Shown: positions 11,600 to 20,050 of the stretch, piece after piece
Numbering within the stretch: position 1 is the stretch's first letter
Layout of the letters: every line of letters starts with the position of its first letter
Origin: Candidatus Krumholzibacteriota bacterium
GTDB lineage: Bacteria > Krumholzibacteriota > Krumholzibacteriia > JAJRXK01
Assembly (NCBI GenBank): GCA_963764625.1
Contig: CAVXTH010000009.1
Coordinates: 800,001 to 864,000, forward strand
Length of the DNA: 64,000 nucleotides
Reading direction: 5' to 3'
Notes under the pieces: model-generated
Seen by the model: only the letters and a program-made list of their open reading frames with translations
Told to the model about the DNA's origin: nothing
Database searches by the model: none
Made by a program: the position numbers and the translations under genes

Positions 11600-12855
11600 A
11601 CCAGCCGCGGGCCACCGATACCCTCAGGCTCGACGAGCTTCTGCGCAGCTGCATTCACTGCGGTCTCTGCCTGGGATCGTGCCCCACCTATCTCGTCACC
11701 GGCGACGAACTCGACTCACCGCGCGGGCGTCTCATGGTCATGGCGGAGACGGTCTCGTTGCCCGACGCCTATTCGAGCGCCCACGGAGAGAACCCACTGT
11801 CGGCGGGCGTGCCCTCACGCGAAGGGCTGGACCGCTGCCTCGGCTGCCGGCACTGCGAAACCGTGTGCCCCGCCGGAGTTCATTACGGTGAGCTGCTCGA
11901 ATCCGCACGGGAGACCCTGGGTCCACCCAGAACCGCGCACGCCCGCTTGGCGGTCCAGCTCGTAGACCGCGTCATGAGCCGGCCCCGGCTTCTCTTTCCC
12001 GCGGCCAAGACGGCGCGAATGCTGCGGAACTTTCCCTTGGTCGGACGTCTTTTTCCTCCCCTGGGGAAACTGCTGGCGAGCCTGCCGGCACGGGCCCCTT
12101 CGCGCCCGCCCCGCCTGGATCTGCCGGCGGAAGGGGACGTGGCTTTGTTGGCTGGATGCGCCCAGCAGGTCTTTGGACCCGAAGTGTTACCGGCCACCGC
12201 GGCCCTGGTGCGCGCAGCGGGCTTTCAACCCTGTCTTCCGCCCCGGCAGAACTGCTGCGGGGCCCTCAGTCATCACGCAGGTTCGGTCGACCACGGGAAA
12301 GCTCTGGCCAGAGGGCTCATCGACGCTCTGCGGGGCCAGAAGACGATCGTGGTGCCGAGCGCCGGCTGCTCGGCGCACATGAAGGAGTACGGGCGGATCT
12401 TCGCGGACGAACCAGAGTACGCCCAGAAGGCGCACGAGGTCGCCACAGCCACGATCGATCTGGTGGCCTGGCTGGACGAAGTGGGGGAATCTCTGCGCTT
12501 TGCGGCCGATTCACGCCGGGTTGCCTACCACCCGCCGTGCCACCACTCCCATGCCCAGAGCCTCGTCGAGGAGCCCCTGCGGCTGCTTCGCCGCGTGCCC
12601 GGGATCGAGCTCGTCGAGCCGCGGGATGCCCAGAGCTGCTGCGGGAGCGCCGGCGCGTTCAGCCTGCTGCAACCCGAGATGGCCTCGGCGGTACGCGAGC
12701 ACAAGCTGGACGCCCTGAACGAGACCCGGGCCGAACTCATCGTGACCGCCAATCCGGGTTGCGAACTCTTCTTGGAATCGGGCTTGAGGGGAAGGGGCAC
12801 TCCGGGCGAGGTGACCCACCTGGCCGTCTACCTGGCCAATCTCCTCACGAACTGA
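11596..12855 (+). CDS. glcF: Glycolate oxidase iron-sulfur subunit
   Basis: CIHCGLCLGSCP and CLGCRHCETVCP ferredoxin motifs, two CCG domains, TANPGC. Confidence 0.9.
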   Translation: MNQPRATDTLRLDELLRSCIHCGLCLGSCPTYLVTGDELDSPRGRLMVMAETVSLPDAYSSAHGENPLSAGVPSREGLDRCLGCRHCETVCPAGVHYGELLESARETLGPPRTAHARLAVQLVDRVMSRPRLLFPAAKTARMLRNFPLVGRLFPPLGKLLASLPARAPSRPPRLDLPAEGDVALLAGCAQQVFGPEVLPATAALVRAAGFQPCLPPRQNCCGALSHHAGSVDHGKALARGLIDALRGQKTIVVPSAGCSAHMKEYGRIFADEPEYAQKAHEVATATIDLVAWLDEVGESLRFAADSRRVAYHPPCHHSHAQSLVEEPLRLLRRVPGIELVEPRDAQSCCGSAGAFSLLQPEMASAVREHKLDALNETRAELIVTANPGCELFLESGLRGRGTPGEVTHLAVYLANLLTN

Positions 12856-12861
12856 GGCGAT

Positions 12862-12891
12862 TTGGAAATCGGGCGTCGCTTACGATATACT
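12862..12891 (+). promoter_or_regulatory. Sigma-70-type promoter
   Basis: TTGGAA (12862-12867), 18-nt spacer, TATACT (12886-12891). Confidence 0.6.
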
Positions 12892-12921
12892 GAGTTCATG
12901 ACCCGCGACCGCGGGTCCAAG

Positions 12922-13040
12922 GCCGATGCGGAGTGGAGTTGGCGACTGGCCTCGTATAGCTCCACGCTGGGTAGGACAAATCTTCATCCACGGGTTTGAG
13001 TCGCTCTGTGGTGAAGAGGACGTTCGCCCACCGCATCGGC
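12922..13040 (+). ncRNA. Candidate structured RNA (three-way junction) in the add leader; alternatively part of a frameshifted small CDS
   Basis: Perfect 10-bp closing stem GCCGATGCGG/CCGCATCGGC enclosing two hairpins whose loop regions (GCGACT, AGTCGC) are complementary; no match to families I can recognise. Confidence 0.3.
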
Positions 13041-13171
13041 GCTTCCTTTTCAAGCCGACTTTCCACGACACCGCGGTACGCGAAGCGAGGAGGCTTTTCC
13101 TTCGGATGGCGCCCGAGAGATTCGGGTGCTAGCTTCGTAGGAACTCCGCGAGCAGCCATGGGGGTGGGGCC

Positions 13172-14248
13172 GTGAAACTGAGCGACGACATTCTGCACCG
13201 TCTTCCCAAGACGGACTTGCATTTACACCTCGACGGAAGTCTGAGAATAGACACGGTCTTGGACCTGGCGCGCGAGCGGGGGATTCAACTGCCGAGCACC
13301 GAGCGCGACGGGTTGCGTTCCATCCTGGAAGTGGGATTGGACTGCGAGAGTCTGGTGGAATACCTGCGGGTCTTCGACATAACGCTTCCGCTTCTGCAAG
13401 ATGCCGAGGCCCTCGCGCGCACCGCGTTCGAACTCGCCGAAGATGCGCATCGCGAGAACGTGCTTTACGCGGAGATCCGGTACTCGCCGCTCCTGCATCG
13501 CACACGCGGCATGAGCATGGACGAAGTCATCGCGGCGGTGGCCAAAGGACTGCAGCGCGCGGAGGATCAATACGGAATTCGAACTGGACAAATTCTGTGT
13601 GGTATTCGTCATCTGACTCCGGAGGATTCGCTCGAGCTGGCGGAACACGCGGTGGCGTGGAAGGACCGTGGCGTGGTCGGCTTCGATTTGGCCGGGGCGG
13701 AAAAGGACTACCCGGCCAAGCACCATCGTGAGGCGTTCTACAAGGTTCTCAACGCCAACGTGAATATCACCATCCACGCGGGCGAGGCGTTCGGCCCGGC
13801 CAGCATCGCACAGGCCCTGCACTACTGCGGCGCCCACCGCATCGGTCACGGCACGAGGTTGCTGGAAGATGTGGATCTACTGCATTACGTCAACGACCAT
13901 CGCATCCCGCTGGAAGTGTGTCCGACCTCGAACGTGCAGACGAAGGCGGTCGGTTCGTTCAAGGATCACCCCCTCCCGCGCTTCATGGAGGAGGGCCTTC
14001 GCGTCACCATCAACACCGACAACCGCCTCATCAGCAACACGGACTCCACTAACGAACTCAAGACGGTGGCGCAGGCCTTCGGCTTCGGTCTGGAGGAGAT
14101 TGTCGATCTGGTGGTTGCGGGCTTCAAGAGCGCCTTCTTGCCCTTGGGAACCAAGATCAAACTTCTCGAAGAGGTCTTCACGCAGCTTCGAGCTCTGGGC
14201 ATTCCTTACGCCCAGGAAATCTCCCGCCGCCGCCGGGTGAACATCTAG
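13172..14248 (+). CDS. add: Adenosine deaminase
   Basis: LPKTDLHLHLDGS, YAEIRYSP, GFDLAGAE, TIHAGE, RIGHG, LEVCPTSN, INTDN. Confidence 0.93.
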   Translation: MKLSDDILHRLPKTDLHLHLDGSLRIDTVLDLARERGIQLPSTERDGLRSILEVGLDCESLVEYLRVFDITLPLLQDAEALARTAFELAEDAHRENVLYAEIRYSPLLHRTRGMSMDEVIAAVAKGLQRAEDQYGIRTGQILCGIRHLTPEDSLELAEHAVAWKDRGVVGFDLAGAEKDYPAKHHREAFYKVLNANVNITIHAGEAFGPASIAQALHYCGAHRIGHGTRLLEDVDLLHYVNDHRIPLEVCPTSNVQTKAVGSFKDHPLPRFMEEGLRVTINTDNRLISNTDSTNELKTVAQAFGFGLEEIVDLVVAGFKSAFLPLGTKIKLLEEVFTQLRALGIPYAQEISRRRRVNI

Positions 14249-14823
14249 CCGGGAAGCGGAACCCTGGCCGCGAGCTGGTAGGCGATCACCCCGAAGGCCA
14301 CCGCGACGTTGAGGCTCTCCTTGAGTCCCTGCATCGGCAGTTCCACCGCGTTGTCACACAGCGCCAGAGTCTCGGCTCCTATTCCGGTGACTTCGTTCCC
14401 CACCACGATGGCCACGGGGGGATGCAGATCGATCTCGGTGAGAGGAAGGCTCTTGGTGGTGATCTCCAAAGCGAGGATCTGGTATCCCGACTCTCTGAGC
14501 CACAGCAGGGCCTCGGTGCTCTTGCTCCAGTAGCTCCAGGGAACGCTCTCGGTGGAGCCGAGGGCGGTCTTCTCGATCTCCGGACGCGGTGGATGGCCGG
14601 TATACCCGCAGAGGTACAGCTGGTCGAAGCAAACCGCGTCGGCGCTGCGGAAGATACTCCCGACGTTGCCCAAACTGCGGATGTTCTCCAGGACTCCCAC
14701 CACGCTGCGGCGCGGCAGATCCTGAAGTTCACGCGCGGAGAGATGTCGGGACTTGAGTTCACCGTTGCTGAGCCGGCGTCCGGTGGCGGTGAGCTCCTCG
14801 AGCGTGCGGGATCGGGAATTCAT
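14245..14823 (-). CDS. SpoU/TrmH family RNA 2'-O-methyltransferase
   Basis: LENIRSLGNVGSIFRSADA, VGNEVTG, LPMQGLKESLNVAVA. Confidence 0.9.
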   Translation of the reverse strand: MNSRSRTLEELTATGRRLSNGELKSRHLSARELQDLPRRSVVGVLENIRSLGNVGSIFRSADAVCFDQLYLCGYTGHPPRPEIEKTALGSTESVPWSYWSKSTEALLWLRESGYQILALEITTKSLPLTEIDLHPPVAIVVGNEVTGIGAETLALCDNAVELPMQGLKESLNVAVAFGVIAYQLAARVPLPG

Positions 14824-14993
14824 GCGCTCCAAACTAATCGGCATCGGCAGAGGCGTCGAGCCCGCTTTGCCTTTATCATCCCCCCTGGGCCCGCGCGGCG
14901 AGAGCGGTGTGGCGCCCGTAACTCGCGCGCAGCAGGGGGTGGGGCGCCGTGATCCAAGGAATCGATGCCGCCAGAGAGCCGAGGCAGGCGCAA

Positions 14994-16028
14994 ATGACCA
15001 AGGCCGTCGCGATGATCTCGGGCGGCCTGGACAGCAGTCTCGCCGTGCGTCTGATCCTCCAGCAGGGGATCGAGGTCGTCGCGGTGAATTTCTCCACCGG
15101 ATTCTGCCTCACCGACCATCAGCGCCGCGTCGCCCGCAAGGGACAGGACCCCAAGAAGCTGCGAAACCAGGCCCTGCGCCTGGGGGCCGAGACCGACGTG
15201 CCGGTCAAGATCATCGACATCGCGCAGGAGTATCTCGACGTGTTGAAGTACCCGCGCTACGGCTACGGGAAGAACGTCAATCCCTGCGTCGACTGCCGCA
15301 TCATGATGATGAGCAGGGCGCGCGAGTTCATGGAGGAGATCAATGCTTCTTTCGTCTTCACCGGAGAAGTGCTGGGGCAGCGCCCCAAGAGCCAGCACCG
15401 GCGCACGCTGGCGCTCATCGAGCGGGAGAGTGGGTTGGAGGGACGCCTCTTGCGTCCGCTTTCCGCCAAGCTTCTTCCCCCCACCATCGTGGAAGAACAG
15501 GGCCTGGTAGATCGCGAGCGGCTCATGGATTTTCACGGACGCAGTCGAAAACCGCAGGAGCGTCTGGCGGAAGAGCTGGGGGTGCAGGAGTATCCGCAAC
15601 CCGCCGGCGGGTGCTGCTATCTCACCGATCCCAACTACGCGGTGAGGGTGTTCGATCTCTTTGACCACGGAAAGAAGGCCGACGCCTCGCACGAAGATCT
15701 GCTCCTGTGCAAGCTAGGCCGCCACTTTCGAGTGAGCGACAAAGCGAAGGTCATCGTGGGTCGCTTCGAGGAGGAGAACGCCTACCTGCGCAATTTCGGA
15801 CTGACGCGTCCCCAACTGGAGGCTCTCGATTTCGTTGGCCCCTTGACCCTCATCGACGGCGATACCGACGAGGAGGTTCTCACCCGCGCGGCTCGCATCA
15901 CCGCCCGCTACTGTGACGGCCACGACGAGGATAAAGTCCGGATTCGTCTCCGCGAGGGGGAGAACGAACGCACCCTCGAAGTAAGGCCCCTGAAGCCCGA
16001 CGAAGCCGAGGCATGGTTGTTGCGATGA
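14994..16028 (+). CDS. PP-loop tRNA sulfurtransferase-like protein (ThiI/MnmA-related, no THUMP domain)
   Basis: SGGLDS PP-loop, NPCVDCR, TGEVLGQRPKSQ, LLRPLSAK, PAGGCC; coupled to a tusA-like gene. Confidence 0.8.
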   Translation: MTKAVAMISGGLDSSLAVRLILQQGIEVVAVNFSTGFCLTDHQRRVARKGQDPKKLRNQALRLGAETDVPVKIIDIAQEYLDVLKYPRYGYGKNVNPCVDCRIMMMSRAREFMEEINASFVFTGEVLGQRPKSQHRRTLALIERESGLEGRLLRPLSAKLLPPTIVEEQGLVDRERLMDFHGRSRKPQERLAEELGVQEYPQPAGGCCYLTDPNYAVRVFDLFDHGKKADASHEDLLLCKLGRHFRVSDKAKVIVGRFEEENAYLRNFGLTRPQLEALDFVGPLTLIDGDTDEEVLTRAARITARYCDGHDEDKVRIRLREGENERTLEVRPLKPDEAEAWLLR

Positions 16029-16273
16029 ACCCAACTCGGGAAATAGAGCTGGATGTCAGAGGACGGCTGTGCCCGGCGCCGATCCTGGATCTTGCCGAAC
16101 TGATCGCTCAGCAAGAGGTGGGGACGGTGATCGCGCTTGTGAGCGACGACTCGGCGATTGCCTTCGATCTCCCCGCTTGGTGTGCGAGCACCGGCCATGA
16201 GCTGCTCGAGCTGAAGCAGCGGGGAAACGAGCACCTCGGCCGCATTCGCAAGATGCACGATCGCGCCCTCTAG
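16025..16273 (+). CDS. tusA: TusA/SirA family sulfur carrier
   Basis: LDVRGRLCPAP (CPxP), SDD...DLPAWC; ATGA overlap with the upstream gene. Confidence 0.88.
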   Translation: MNPTREIELDVRGRLCPAPILDLAELIAQQEVGTVIALVSDDSAIAFDLPAWCASTGHELLELKQRGNEHLGRIRKMHDRAL

Positions 16274-16390
16274 CGCTGCAAAGTACCCTCTCGTCCTTCG
16301 CCTTTTCCCGTCGTTTCTTCGCTTCCTTCGACTGGGATCCCACTCGGCGAAAGGGAGCGGGCCCATCCTCCGGGAGGATCGATCCGAGTC

Positions 16391-17761
16391 ATGCAGAAGC
16401 ACTCGCTGAGTCTTTGTCTCATCATGCGGGACGAAGAGGAGACCATCGGCCGCACTTTGAAGTCCGTGCTGGCCCACGTGGATGAAGTCGTCGTGGTCGA
16501 TTTTGAATCGCAGGACAACACGCGGCTCATCGTCGAGGGCTACGGCGCGCGCGTAGTGGACGGTTCTTTCAAGGACGATTACGCACGCGCGCGAAACGCG
16601 GGTCTATCCGCCGCCTACGGGGACTGGATCCTGGTGTTGCAGCCGGGGGAGATCCTCGAACAGGTCAGGCCGGTGGACCTGGGCCGTCTTCTGGCCGATC
16701 CGGACGCGCTGGCCTATTACTGCCGGGTGCGCCGCGAGGACAAGGATGGTGCAACGGCGATTCGCGACGAGATTCGACTGTTTCGGAACCTTCCCCGCGC
16801 GCGATACCGTCAACGGGTCTGCGAGAGAATCGAGCCCTCCCTGGAGGAGATCTCCCGCGAGAGCGGCGGCGAGTTCCTGCCGAGCTCCCTTTCCATCCGC
16901 AGTGCCTACCAGGGCGACCAGGTCGCGAGGGAACGAATTCACCTGCTTCGGCAAGCCCTCAAGGAGTCACCAAAGGAGGCCTGGCTGCGCTACCAACTGG
17001 CGCGAAGCCTGGCCCGGGAAGACGGGGGAGAGATTTCGGCCATCCGGGGCTTCTCGCACGTCATGCAGTACGCGCTCGAATCGGTCAGCCAGCTGGAGAC
17101 GATCCCGGTCACGGAACTGGAAGGCAATGACTGGGCGAGGGGTCTCTACGCCCTCCTCTGTAAAGTCCAGCGAACCAGCGATCGTCCCCAGGAGGCGCTG
17201 GAGACGGCCGAGCGCGGCCTCGAGCGTCACGGACAGGGCTCTCTGCTTCGATTCGAGCACGGCGCCGCGCTACTCCTCTCGGCCGGAGAAGGCAAGAAGG
17301 GGTGCCGGCTACGCGAACTCTCCCGAAGCCAGTTCGAAGCTCTGCTCGACGGTCCCGAGAGAATCGAAGTGAACCAGATCCACGAGAGCTACTTCCACCG
17401 TTTGCCCCGGATCTGGTTGGGACGTTGCGCTTTGGTCGAGAAGAAGCTGGAAGAGGCACGCGATCATTTCCGGCGGGCTTTGGAGGAAAACCCCAAAGAG
17501 GCCGCGGCGTGGTATGGTCTGGCGAAAGCCGCGGAGATCGACGGACGCGAGTACGACGCCCTGCAACTCTATCTGAAGGCCATGGAACAGGAGCCGGCTC
17601 ACGCGGGCGCCTGGGAAGGTGGCATCCAAGTCCTCATTCGCCTCGGGTTCGAAGACAATGCCTCCAGCTGGTTGAAGAGACTGACGGTGCTTTTGCCGGA
17701 GAATGCACATCTCGCCCAGCTCAGCGCCCAGCTCGGCCGCGAGGTGGCCGCCGAGGTCTAG
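16391..17761 (+). CDS. GT2 glycosyltransferase-like domain (degenerate) plus TPR repeats
   Basis: LSLCLIMRDEE, VDEVVVVD, DDYARARNAGL, GDWILVL; C-terminal TPRs. Confidence 0.8.
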   Translation: MQKHSLSLCLIMRDEEETIGRTLKSVLAHVDEVVVVDFESQDNTRLIVEGYGARVVDGSFKDDYARARNAGLSAAYGDWILVLQPGEILEQVRPVDLGRLLADPDALAYYCRVRREDKDGATAIRDEIRLFRNLPRARYRQRVCERIEPSLEEISRESGGEFLPSSLSIRSAYQGDQVARERIHLLRQALKESPKEAWLRYQLARSLAREDGGEISAIRGFSHVMQYALESVSQLETIPVTELEGNDWARGLYALLCKVQRTSDRPQEALETAERGLERHGQGSLLRFEHGAALLLSAGEGKKGCRLRELSRSQFEALLDGPERIEVNQIHESYFHRLPRIWLGRCALVEKKLEEARDHFRRALEENPKEAAAWYGLAKAAEIDGREYDALQLYLKAMEQEPAHAGAWEGGIQVLIRLGFEDNASSWLKRLTVLLPENAHLAQLSAQLGREVAAEV

Positions 17762-17847
17762 GCGAAATTTCTGCGCGACCGTTGCGAGCGGGGAATTCGT
17801 GGCCGATCATGGCTGACACGAATCTCGGTCTCCTAGGACGGTATTCC

Positions 17848-19402
17848 ATGTCGAAGCAAAAGAACGAAACTCTCCCGCGTGGAAAGACGCTCTTCTCCAC
17901 CGCCATTTCGCATCTGCTCCCGGGGGAGAAGCACATTCCTCGCGAACGCCGGGTGTTCGTGAACCGGAATTTGCGCATGGAAGGCGTTCGGGCCCTGGGC
18001 TTCGACATGGACCACACCCTCGCTCTTTACCACCGCGCTCCCTTCGAGCAGCTGACACACGATTTGGCTCTGCAGAATCTGGTCGAGTGGCGGGGCTATC
18101 CCGAGAGCATCCGCAGCATTCACTACAATCCCGATTGCATCATCCGCGGGCTCATCGTCGACAAGCGTCACGGCAACATCCTGAAGATGGACTTTCACGG
18201 ATACATCGCGAAGGCGATGCATGGCAGCCACGTTTTGGACCGGGACGAACGAAAGAAGCTCTACCGCCGCTCGCGGGTGAATCTGCGAAGCGATCGGTAT
18301 CAGAGCTTCGATACTCTCTTCAGCATGCCCGAGGGATCCCTGTACTCCGCTCTCATGGATTTGCGGAGTAGGAAACCCGAGAGTGAATTCTCACACCTCA
18401 AGCCCAATCAGATCTTCGACGACGTGCGCGCCTCCGTGGACAAAGCTCACCGGGATGGATCGTTGAAATCCATCATCGTCAAAGATCTTTCGCGTTACTT
18501 CGTGTGGGATCCCGACTTGGCGGCCACCCTGCTGCGCTTCCGCGCGTTGGGGAAGAAAGTCTTCCTGCTCACCAACAGCGAGCATTCCTATACCGAAGCG
18601 GTCATGAACTACTTGCTCGGACAGGCCGAAGGCAATTGGAAACAACTCTTCGACCTGGTGGTGGTGAGCGCCGGCAAGCCGGGCTTCTTCCTGGAAAAGA
18701 GCCGACCGGAAGGCATTCCCACTCCCGAGTGCCCGGGCCGGGAGGAGTTCTGTTTCAGCGGCGGCAACGCCAGTTGGGTGGAGCGCTTCCTCGGGGCCAA
18801 CGGTGATCAGGTATTGTACTTCGGTGACCATACCTACGGGGACATCCTCAAGAGCAAGAAGAAGGTAGGCTGGCGCACGGCGATGATCGTGCAGGAGCTC
18901 GAACAGGAAGTCGCTGCCAATCGCCGTCTGCTCTATCAACGCCGAGAGCTCAACGGCCTCATGGCGCGCCAACAGGACTTGGCCCTCGATCGGGACCATC
19001 TTCGCTTTCTGCTGGAGACCCTCGATGGAAATGGGGAAGGCGGGGCTCTGTCAGCCGGGGGAAAGGCACTTCTCCTATCGCCTGCCGGAGATGGCCACCT
19101 GGTTCGGTATGGACGAGAAGGAGCGCAACCGGCACCGGGAGGGGATGCAACGCGTGCTCGAAGGGCTCGACTATATGAGCGCCCAGTACCGCGAGCGCAT
19201 GGCGGAACTCTCCCGCGTCATCATGGTGGGTCACAACCCCTATTGGGGCAGCCTTTTCAGGGAGGGAAACGAGAACAGCCGGTTTGGCCGCCAGGTGCGG
19301 GAGTTCGCCTGTATCTACACCAGCCGGGTGTCCAATTTCCTGGCCTACTCGGGGAACACCTACTTCATCGCCCCCGAGGAGAGGATGCCCCATGAGCGCT
19401 AG
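17848..19402 (+). CDS. HAD-IG cytosolic purine 5'-nucleotidase (cN-II family); frameshifted around 19020-19090
   Basis: RVFVNR, GFDMDHTL, LLTNS, GKPGFF, YFGDHTYGD; the conserved C-terminus NPYWGSLFR...IYTSRVSN...MPHE lies in the +1 frame (19025..19402). Confidence 0.9.
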
Positions 19403-19467
19403 AGGAGAGGGCAAAGTCGAAGTCTCACTCTTGCGGACCCATTCGAACTCGGACTAGGATACTCCTC

Positions 19468-20019
19468 ATGATCGGTGATTTGAGCACTCCAGTTCTCGTC
19501 CTCGATGCGGGATACCAGGCGGTGAACGTGGTTCCGGTTCGCCGCGCGTTGAGCCTCCTTGCCCTGGGCAAGGCGGTCGTGGTCGAGGAAGAGTCGGGAC
19601 GACTCTTGCGGAGCGAGCATCTCAACCTGAACTGCCCCGTGATCATCCGACTGCTCATTTCCATCGCGCATCGGGTGTATCGCACTCTGCGAGTTCGATT
19701 CAACAAGCGCAACATCCTGGCCCGCGATTCGTGGACTTGCCAGTACTGCGGCGCCACCGACATTCCTCTCACGGTGGATCACGTGGTTCCACGAAGTCGA
19801 AGGACGAAGCGCTATCCCCACGGGGGAGCGCACAGCTGGGAGAACTGCGTTGCGGCCTGTCTGCCCTGTAACAACCACAAGGGAAACCGGCTCCCCGAGG
19901 AGGCGGGCATGAAGTTGGACCACTCTCCCCAGAGGCCACGCTGGGTGTTGGCGCTCCCTTGGGGGAAGGGCCGGACATCGGAGAGCTGGAACCAGTATCT
20001 CTTTCCCCAGAGCGCCTGA
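19468..20019 (+). CDS. HNH endonuclease (McrA-like, zinc-binding)
   Basis: RNILARD..TCQYCG, LTVDHVVPRS, WENCVAACLPCNNHKG. Confidence 0.92.
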   Translation: MIGDLSTPVLVLDAGYQAVNVVPVRRALSLLALGKAVVVEEESGRLLRSEHLNLNCPVIIRLLISIAHRVYRTLRVRFNKRNILARDSWTCQYCGATDIPLTVDHVVPRSRRTKRYPHGGAHSWENCVAACLPCNNHKGNRLPEEAGMKLDHSPQRPRWVLALPWGKGRTSESWNQYLFPQSA

Positions 20020-20050
20020 GCTCCCTCGACACTTCCCTCGGACTCCTGCG

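Noticed and set aside
12922-13040. 5S rRNA, purine/ZTP riboswitch, SRP RNA or retron msr-msd as identity of the structured element
   Set aside because: Length and three-way shape resemble 5S but the conserved CCGAAC loop is missing; no UUUCUACC purine core, no complete ZTP motifs, no SRP GGAA/AGCAG motif, and no reverse transcriptase gene in the window
19468-20019. HNH gene as a defence system, homing endonuclease or IscB/Cas9 relic
   Set aside because: Stand-alone 183-aa McrA-like protein with no RuvC motifs, methylase, repeats or terminal inverted repeats nearby
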